A stretch of DNA of 64,000 nucleotides from Eledone cirrhosa (lineage: Eukaryota). The stretch spans positions 26,350,001-26,414,000 of the forward strand of contig OZ024752.1 of assembly GCA_964016885.1 (NCBI GenBank), written 5' to 3'. A program made the position numbers and the translations under genes. Within the stretch, counting starts at the first letter, position 1. Each line of letters begins with the position of its first letter. Shown here one piece after another: positions 53,745 to 64,000 of the stretch. A model generated the notes under the pieces. The model was not told the origin of the DNA. It worked only from the letters and a program-made list of their open reading frames with translations, and did no database searches.

Positions 53745-54774
53745 TATATATATATACGTATATGTATATGTATATAATCATTTGAATACGTAGAGAAAAT
53801 CTTTTCTTTAAAATATGTTATATAGAAAATAGGTCTGTGACCCTATTTGATCATTCTTATTAAGGGTGTTTTTCATTTCCTTATTAGTTATGACGGATTT
53901 TGTGATTTTGGGGGGAAATTGAAAACAAAAAAGAAACAACAGAAATTGTCAAAAACATAAAACATAATGACATGTTAAGTATCCGTAGAGTTTCTCTCGT
54001 ACCGGGAGTGCTCCCCGGTAACACTATCAAGCCAGGGATTTCTGGAATTTCGGCGGTCACTCATATTGTCCATGCTGTCGTTAGCCGACACAGATACCTT
54101 CACGATACCCCTTCTTTGATCCAGTGGATCATTCAGGATGTAACAGCTGGAAGGAATTAGGCCTGTACAATACCTGTGCTGGTATATTCTTTGCCGGTTC
54201 CGAGTGAATAAAAATGCAAAGTGGACCTCTCAGAACAGAGATCCGTAACAAATATCCAACGACCTAAAACCTCTGCCAAATCGAAAGCCTTACATAAAAC
54301 TGCATTGGTATTATAAAGGCACCCCTAAAAGGTAAGAAAATATAGGTTTTAACTTTGCTGGAATTAATCTGCTCAATCAGGACTGACTTGTGGCGAAACC
54401 AGAACAACTGGCTTACACAAAGACACAGGCACATACATACACACAAACAGACATATACATACACACAGACACATACACACAGACACACACAGACACACGC
54501 ACTTACATACATATACATACATATATATATGTGTATATATACATATATATATATAAATATAAATTCAGCGAGAATCGTATTTAGGCTGGTAGAAAAAGCC
54601 AAACGAAACGCAAAATCGTAGATATGCTGGCAAGCGCTCCAATAGTTAAGAAAACTAGAGCTAAACAATATGTTAAAACGCCATACAAAATGAAAAAGTG
54701 GTCAAGAAGGCATTAACCACCTAAGCCAAAAAACAAATCAAACTAAACAGGTCAAACAAAATAAATGATAAAAA

Positions 54775-54817
<43 letters not shown>

Positions 54818-54820
<3 letters not shown>

Positions 54821-55275
54821 ATAATAATAAAATTGAGGACTAAAATCCAAAGAGGGCTCGATAAGGATAAATATATATCAAATATATAAGAACCGTAGAG
54901 CAAATATTTATTAAAATAACAGATTAAAGTTTAAGCAAAGAATCGCTGCTTTCACCCTTAACGGGATCTTCTGAAACTAACAAAGTCAATCTGTAAACGC
55001 AGAACTGGATATTTCAAAAAACGTTGCAACCGGAGGAAGACAGGAAGACGATACTTTGGTTCGTGGAAACGTTCGCTGGCAAAGAACGAGAAAAAACGAA
55101 TATAATACGTCATTAATAGGAGCTGTGAAAAACAATTACGCGCAAAGACAGAACCACGTTTATGGTATAAAAGAGGTCGTAGACTAATGTTCTCTTAGGT
55201 GGTGCATAGAGACGTTCTCTGGCGGGCGATGAACAAAAAAACGAAGATAATAAGTCATATGTGGAGCGTGGAGAA
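54818..55275 (-). mobile_element. HHR family B uninverted copy
   Basis: Colinear with 36221-36692. Confidence 0.85.
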
Positions 55276-55292
55276 CAAGAGCACGCTTTACT

Positions 55293-55330
55293 TCCCTCCG
55301 AAGAAGAGATATTATCTCGAAAATTAAGGA
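55293..55330 (+). ncRNA. Minimal hammerhead-like motif with core CCGAAGA
   Basis: cct-CCGAAGA-a-gagat/atctc-GAAA-at-TA-agg. Confidence 0.5.
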
Positions 55331-55393
55331 CATTTAAATAAATTTAAGGTAAAAGACCAATTGCCAACAATATCTTACCACTCAGCCACGCGC

Positions 55394-55474
<81 letters not shown>

Positions 55475-55501
55475 TATATATATATAAGTATATATATAAG
55501 T

Positions 55502-55532
<31 letters not shown>

Positions 55533-55551
55533 AGTATATATATATATATAA

Positions 55552-55675
<124 letters not shown>

Positions 55676-55718
55676 TTATATATATATATATATACTTATA
55701 TATATATATTTATATATA

Positions 55719-55755
<37 letters not shown>

Positions 55756-55912
55756 GCTCGTGGCTGAGTGGTAAGAGAGTTGGATTCGCAATAGTGAGGT
55801 TGTGAGTTCGATTCCCGCATTCGATGTCCTTGAGCAAGACACTTTATTTCACGTTGCTCCTTCTACCTGGAGTTGAGACCGATAGCAATTGGAAAGACAA
55901 ACGGGAACATAC

Positions 55913-55949
<37 letters not shown>

Positions 55950-56132
55950 CATATATATAAATATATATATATGTATATATATTTATATATTATATATATA
56001 TATATGTATGTATATATATGTATATATATATATATATAATATAAATATGAATATGTATGTATATATATGTATATATATATATTATAAATATATATATGTA
56101 TGTATATATATGTATATATATATAAATATAAT

Positions 56133-56194
<62 letters not shown>

Positions 56195-56297
56195 TATATA
56201 ATATATATACATATATATATGTGTTATATATATATATTTATTATATATATATATGTATTATATATATATAATATATATATGTATTATATAGATGTAT

Positions 56298-56380
<83 letters not shown>

Positions 56381-56382
56381 AC

Positions 56383-56416
<34 letters not shown>

Positions 56417-56813
56417 ATATAACGGCGATGAATTAGTTTTGCAAGGTTTTTTATATGAAATCGTGTGTCGAAACAAATATTGTTATACTTGGGGAGGGTC
56501 ATATTTGTGTAATATTGCCAGAATTAATAACAGAACACACTCACTGTTTGGTTGGATTTCGCTTTTCGCTTCTGTGTCTTTTATATCGGTAATATAATTT
56601 ATTGGGTCATCAATGATGCCATTGACTGACCAGCGGTCAAAAATAATACAGATACAATATAGACACAAACACATATATATAGATTATCAAAGTTCTTTCA
56701 TTGCACATCTGCAACATCGCCAGTCTAGCTATTGTTTCCTACCGTTACATTGTATCATCTACGCCATCTTTATTTAATCTGTTTATATATATACATATAT
56801 ATTTATATGATAT

Positions 56814-56895
<82 letters not shown>

Positions 56896-56918
56896 TATAT
56901 ATATATATATATATATAC

Positions 56919-56999
<81 letters not shown>

Positions 57000-57019
57000 T
57001 ATATATATTTATATTACAT

Positions 57020-57072
<53 letters not shown>

Positions 57073-57354
57073 ATTCTTTATAAACATAAAAGAATTACAA
57101 CCAAAATTAAATAGAAAATATGAGTGGAACAGCAACATCACAACTTACAATTAAGGACAAAATAAAAACACACACGCACATAGAACAAACAACCAACCAG
57201 TAACATGTAAATAAACAAATAAATAAATGAACATAAACACACACAGACACCCGGATGTGGTGCATGCGCAGACTGAGCACACAACACACACACAGAAACA
57301 AAATGGCGTAGGACAGAACAAAGGAGAGGCACAGAAACAAAGAAAGGAATCCCC

Positions 57355-57399
57355 AGTCACTGAAGAGGTCACAGAGTGTGTGACGAAAGAACTATGACT
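57355..57399 (+). ncRNA. Minimal type I hammerhead (family G)
   Basis: agtca-CTGAAGA-g-gtcaca/tgtgac-GAAA-gaac-TA-tgact; helices I and II pair perfectly. Confidence 0.82.
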
Positions 57400-57623
57400 A
57401 TATATAAATAACTATCTGGTTGTGGAACCAACCAGAAATTTATAAAATTATAAATTTATAAATATATAATAAATTGAAGTGAAAGTGTGTTTCTTATTGG
57501 CAACATGACCCTCCCAAAGTATAACAATATCGGTCTCAACACACGATTTCAGATAAAGAATCTTGCTAAACAAATTCAGAACAATATATATACATATATA
57601 TAGTTATATTATATATATATACA

Positions 57624-57789
<166 letters not shown>

Positions 57790-58042
57790 CATTTATATAT
57801 ATAGTTATATTATATATATATACATATATATACATGCATACATATATATATATATGTGTGAGTGTGTGTGTGTGTGTGTGTATTGAAATATTGGGAGTCA
57901 GTTACACAAAGGGTAATATTTCAGATGTTCTGTCATAAATTTCCTATGAAATCTTTTACAGCTGACATGTGCACATTCCACTACATCAGATAGGTATTCA
58001 TTTATATATGTATATGTATATATATATGTATAGGTATTCATG

Positions 58043-58075
<33 letters not shown>

Positions 58076-58116
58076 GTATATATATATGTATAGGTATTCA
58101 TGTATATATATATATG

Positions 58117-58165
<49 letters not shown>

Positions 58166-58194
58166 GTATATATATATGTATCTGTGTGTATGTT

Positions 58195-58239
<45 letters not shown>

Positions 58240-58827
58240 TTGTGTAAGTCATAATGTTTGCCTTTGTACATATATATAAATACATACAGACAGACTGTGT
58301 ACCTACATCGACCATATACAAGACACAGACGTGAAATCTTAAAATATGTCTGTGACAGATTTTCATTTTCTAACCTGTTATTCTTGGTGTTGTTAATATT
58401 ATTTTTTGTTGCTTTAATATTGTTGCTGTTGTATGATTCGTTGCACTTCGTACAATAACCTGTCAGTTATCTGATAAGAGAAACATGTCACTGATGCTGA
58501 TAGCCTTTGCTTTTGATAGTGGCGATGGAAGTCAGCGGAGTGGCCGAGTTGTTAGAACGTCCGATATAATCCTTTGGGTTATTCGTTCCAATTCTCTGTT
58601 TTCTGAGTTCAAATCTCGTAGAAGTGGTCAACTCTGCTTTTCATAATTTCGAGATCAATAAATAAAATACCAGTTAAATACTGCAGTCAATTTTCCCTTC
58701 TAAGTCACTTTCTCATTTCTTCTGTATTTCTCTGGAAGAAATTAGCTGTATTCCCACACGGAGAGTGATGGGTTATGCTAGGTTTAAAGTGCTCTTGAGA
58801 CGCCTTCTATATATATATATATATATA

Positions 58828-58995
58828 CCGCATTTTCCGGCGCCGAAGACACTTCGTCCTCGAGGACGCACCCTAATTTTGACAACCAAAATTTGAAAAA
58901 AAAATAATAAACAACCTTCGGCTTCCAGGATGCATGGTAGATTTTTGACACTTATTTTAGGAAAAAAGTAGCGTCTACGACGCCGAGAAATACGG
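58828..58995. mobile_element. Tc1/mariner-pogo-type MITE
   Basis: TIRs (ta)ccgcattttccggcg / cgccgagaaatacgg(ta); TA target. Confidence 0.75.
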
Positions 58996-59042
<47 letters not shown>

Positions 59043-59814
59043 ATGAGGGGTGTTACAAATTCTTAGAATCTGATAATGATCCCCTATAGAGTGATCCTGA
59101 ATTATTGTTTTCTTTGCTGTCATATCATTAACTATGCTGTGTTCAACACTCTTTGAATACCCAACGTATACACATTCACTCACACACACACACATATATA
59201 CTTACACGTAAAATACTAATTGAATCAGTGAAATATCCATGACATAAATTTGTTTGATTTTTGTACCTTATAAGCTACTATGGTGTTGTTATAGCCTCTC
59301 ACAATTTTTCAGACGAACTCTTTGCGATTTAGCGAAGCTCTCTCTTTGATTTCGGATATATATTTTTGTTATGTTAAATTTCTGTAATATTTGTGTCTTT
59401 CATTCATTAATGTCATTTTGTTATTGATTTCACTAAGTATTATTTTCTCTTTCGCTGTAATTTCGTTTCGCAAGTTTTTTCTGTGAGTAGATCTGTGGGG
59501 AAACTTCCTACGTTGACAACTTACACATTTTGCTAATTAAACAGAAGAAACTAAATTGGTTGAGAAGCAGAACATCAAATCGACTAATATGGCGTATAGT
59601 ATGTAGGGAGTTTTAAAACAATAAAACACCGCTCATTGTTTTGATACATGATATTTTGGCTTTATGTTGATATACAGCTTATCTTGCTTTAGACTATACG
59701 TTCTTAATCGGCGGCTCAAAGACTCGTTGTGTGTTGTGGTTTAGTATCTCTGTGGCCTTAGTTAACTAACCAAAGATAAAAAAAGTGTGATGAGAAACTT
59801 TTTTTCTTTATTAA

Positions 59815-61205
59815 ATAATTGTTTCTACCTTTGGCACAAGGCCAGCAATTACCTCAGTACATTACTGGTACTTTATTTTATCGACCCCGTACGGATGAAA
59901 TACAAAGTTAACCTCGTCGGGATTTCAACTCAGAACATAAAGGACCATAACTCTATGCTGCAAAGAATGGTGTCTGACGCCAATCCCCTGTATCGGTAGA
60001 GGGTCGGACGCCATGCTTTCCAGCACAGTTACGTCCCTTTACGATCTGAGTTCAAATCCCGCCGAGGTTGACTTTGCCTTTCATCCTTACCGGGTCGATA
60101 AAATAAAGTACCAGTAATGCACTGGGTATTTGCTGGCCTTGTGCCTAAAGTAGAAACAATTATTTAACGGTGAATTGGCAGTATCGGTAGAGGGTCGGAC
60201 GCCATGCTTTCTAGCATAGTTACGTCCCTTTACAGTCTGAGTTCAAATCCCGCCGAGGTTAACTTTGCCTTTCACCCTTACGGGGTCGATAAAATAAAGT
60301 ACCAGTAATGTACTGGTATTTGCTCGCCTTGTGCCTAAAGTAGAAACAATTATTTAATAGTGGAGGGTGGTGGTTTGGCAGCATACTATGGCCCTTTGAT
60401 TTCTGAGTTCAAATCCGCCGATGTTAACTTTGCCTTTCATCCTTACGAGGTCGATAAAATAAAAAAGTACCAGTGGTGCACTGGGGTAATCGCTGACTTT
60501 GTGCCAAAAGTAGAAACATTATTTAATAATGGAGGGCGGTGGATTGGCAGTATCGTTAGAGAGTCGGACGCCATGCTTTCCAGCATAGTTACGTCCCTTT
60601 ACGATCTGAGTTCAAATCCCGCCGAGGTTGACTTTGCCTTTCATCCTTACGGAGTCGATAAAATAAAGTACCAGTAATACACTGGGATAAATGCTGGCCT
60701 TGTGCCAAAAGTAGAAACAATTATTTAATAATTGTTTCTACTTTAGGCACAAGGCCAGCAATTATCCAGTGCATTACTGGTACTTTATTTTATCGACCCC
60801 GTAAGGATGAAAGGCAAAGTTAACTTCGGCGGGATTTGAACTCAAACTGTAAAGGGACGTAACTATACTAGAAAGCATGGCGTCCGACCCCCTACCGATA
60901 CTGCCAATTCACCGTTAAATAATTGTTTCTACTTTAGGCACAAGGCCAGCAAATTAACCAGTGCATTACTGGTACTATATTTTATCGACCACGCAAGGAT
61001 GAAAGGCAAAGTCAACCTCGGCGGGATTTGAACTCAGATCGTAAAGGGACGTAACTATGCTGGAAAGCATGGCGTCCGACACTCTACCAATACTGCCAAT
61101 CCACCGAATGACAGGGGATTGGCGTCAGATACCATTCTTTGCAGCATAGAGTTATGGTCCTTTATGTTCTGAGTTGAAATCCCGACGAGGTTAACTTTGT
61201 TTCAT
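59815..61205. mobile_element. Array of about 8 Meta-like SINE copies forming an inverted duplication
   Basis: Copies in both orientations; 59895-60355 is mirrored by 60727-61205. Confidence 0.88.
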
Positions 61206-61485
61206 GACTAAGGCCAACAATTCAGGAAGCAAACATGACTTACGATCCCAGAAGGTGAAGCGTCGCCTTCCAAAAGATGACCTTGCATTATATATCCTGG
61301 AATTAGATATGGACGTGTCTCGAGAGGTTACCAATGTAGGTGATAATGTTCAACTACACTGAATCAGCAATCTTTGACCGTAATTTTGGCTCGTTATACT
61401 CGTGGTCTTGGTACGAGTCAAACCAATAATGCCACATGCCATAGAACAATTTTCTAGTCTATGCTTTGCTTCATGTCCTTGGGTG

Positions 61486-61556
<71 letters not shown>

Positions 61557-61781
61557 CCCTCTATCTCCCCCCCCCCCTCTCTCTCTCTCTCTCTCATACA
61601 CGTGCGTGTGTGTGTGCGCGCGCATGTGTGTGTGTGTGCGTGTTAGGCCATATATGTTACATGTCGTTTGATTTGTTCTCTTCTGCTCTCTCACTAGCAC
61701 ATGCACAGAAACAAACACAAACATATATTTATGTGTGTATCTATGTATGTATGTATATATGTATGTATATGTGTATGTATA

Positions 61782-61856
<75 letters not shown>

Positions 61857-62798
61857 GTGTGTGTTTGTGTATGTGTGTGTAAGTGTGTGTATGTATGCCT
61901 GTGTGAGAGTGCGTGTAGATGGCGTATAGATGTGCTTTTGTATATATGTATGTATATATGTACGTATGTACGTATGTATATGTATGTACGTATGTATATA
62001 TGTATGTAAGTATGTATGTACGTACGTATGTACGTACGTATGTATATATGTATGTATGTAAGTATGTATGTACGTACGTATGTATATATATGTATATACG
62101 TACGTATGTATATATGTATGTATGTATGTATATATGTATGTATGCCTGTGTGAGAGTGCGTGTAGATGGCGTATAGATGTGCTTTTGTGATGTATGTATA
62201 TATTTAATGGTATTTCCGTCTTCCGTTATGCAGTTCTCTATGAATATCACATTTATTGATATGATGCCTCCAGTGGCGAGACGGCAGTCTCTCGTTTCCG
62301 CTTGGCAACAAAACAATGAAGATCCCGTGTGTGATTTTACAAGTTCACCCGGTTCTTACTGATAAAAACTTTATTATATATTTTATATTATCTTGTTTTC
62401 TTATTTTATTTTTATTATATATTTGATATTTTATTTTAATCTTTTAAATATTTTTCTATTTTATTTCATTTTCATTTTTATTTTTATTTTATTTTTATTT
62501 CATTTTTATTTTATTTTTGATTATTTTATTTTATTTTATTTTAATTTTATTTTATTTTATTTGTGTTTTTAAAAACAAACTTTTTGCACTCATTTTTGTG
62601 TTTTTTTTTAAATATTTATTTTATTTTTTATGATATGATAGAGCAGTAAATAAATCTGCCTTGAGGAGAAAAAAAAACCAACAAAAACAAATAAATCATT
62701 TCTAATGAATTTTGGCTCTTTCCTATTTCAGAGAATTTATATCTTCCTAAAATACACTAACATATGAAGGTAAAAACCCGGAACCCAATGAACCTTCC

Positions 62799-62862
<64 letters not shown>

Positions 62863-62880
62863 TATATATATAATATATAC

Positions 62881-62940
<60 letters not shown>

Positions 62941-63143
62941 TAAATATATATATATATATATAATATATATATATAATATATATATATTTATATATTTATA
63001 TATATATATATATTTATATAGATATATAATATATAGGTATTTATATATTTATATATATATATATATTTTTATATATATATATATATAATATATATATGTA
63101 TATATATATGTATATATATATATTATATATATATGTATATATA

Positions 63144-63204
<61 letters not shown>

Positions 63205-63238
63205 AAAGAATAGAGGTGTAACACACAAGTTATTATAT

Positions 63239-63469
63239 ATTGGTAAACGGAATAGAAAATGCTGACAAATTGTTCACAGTTGAAAAATGGTTTAATTAGG
63301 AATAAAAGAGTATTAGTGATTGTATGGGTTAGTATTCAGTTGTGGTTTTAATTTTTTAAGTTTTTACCGGCTGCGCATTTCTAAATGCTTTTCAAAAAAT
63401 AATTTTGAGATAGAGTGTCCGTGCTGTTTGCTCTGATCTGTGCAAACAGCACGGACACTCTATCTCAAA
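63239..63469 (-). mobile_element. PLE terminal-repeat segment with a short hairpin junction
   Basis: Homologous to 62-250 and 48862-49050; hairpin about 63403-63470. Confidence 0.7.
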
Positions 63470-64000
63470 AGTTGAATATGAAAGTCGAATAGTGTTAGGG
63501 TTTAAGATTTTATTATATTTATGTGATGTTGGAAAGTGTTTTTTAACTAATCGAATGAATTGTGAGGGTAGATTGGTTTTAATAGAGTTGTTATAGACCG
63601 GGTTGTACCATATATACACTTTACATCGCCTTCTGTTTGGTGGTGTGCGACTATTAGTTTGTCTATTGCGGTAGTGTATGTATGGTGGTGATTCTATGCT
63701 ATTTCTACCTCTATGAGATTTATTTTGGGTGTTTTGGTGATCGTCGACTATATACTCTATATTATCTAGGTGTCCAGCCTTCCTAACTGCATCATCATAA
63801 TATTCGGCATGTTCTTTGAATGTTTGCTGGTTGGACGACAGGCGGGAGATTCTAAGGGAAATATTTCTGGGGATGGATTTAATTATAGAGGGTGGATGGT
63901 TAGAACCCGTATTTACATATTTAAGGTTCTCATTTAGTTTATGGAACGGTTTAATCGTTTCTGTATTGAGATTCAAAGTAACATCAAGGAAATTAACCTC
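63470..64000 (-). pseudogene. Penelope-like element RT (domain 7, thumb and linker), continues beyond the window
   Basis: (VNFLDVT)LNL..IKPFHK..YVNTGSNHPP..RISRLSS..IWYNP..KHFP..NTIRLSYS; truncated before any GIY-YIG domain. Confidence 0.85.

Noticed and set aside
62200-62365. Possible host exon (unique sequence next to a pyrimidine/AT-rich tract)
   Set aside because: No recognisable protein motif and no convincing donor-acceptor pair; it cannot be supported without RNA-seq.

Overview
AT-rich, microsatellite-saturated animal genomic DNA with no host protein-coding exon that I can support. The SINE families and the (TA)n/(TATG)n/(GATA)n load suggest a cephalopod (octopus-like) genome; this is an inference. 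Almost all ORFs in the track are microsatellite read-throughs. Real coding remnants are all retroelements: a near full-length frameshifted Tx1/L1-type LINE (about 10.6-16.3 kb, minus strand) with two truncated copies, RTE and R4-like fragments, and a Penelope-like (PLE) RT at the right edge. The most striking signal is about a dozen sequence-distinct families of short non-coding elements sitting in (TA)n tracts. They (i) carry type I hammerhead ribozyme (HHR) folds, including a U3-A8 core and a recurrent CAGAAGA core, (ii) are often fold-back palindromes whose apex lies in ribozyme helix II, and (iii) share an RCTC...GAGYRC stem motif about 30-75 nt from their 3' end. Different retroelement classes appear to partition the microsatellites: HHR elements in (TA)n, an RTE-derived non-autonomous family in (TATG)n, and Tx1 in (GATA)n. 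All folds and alignments were done by eye, and boundaries are approximate.
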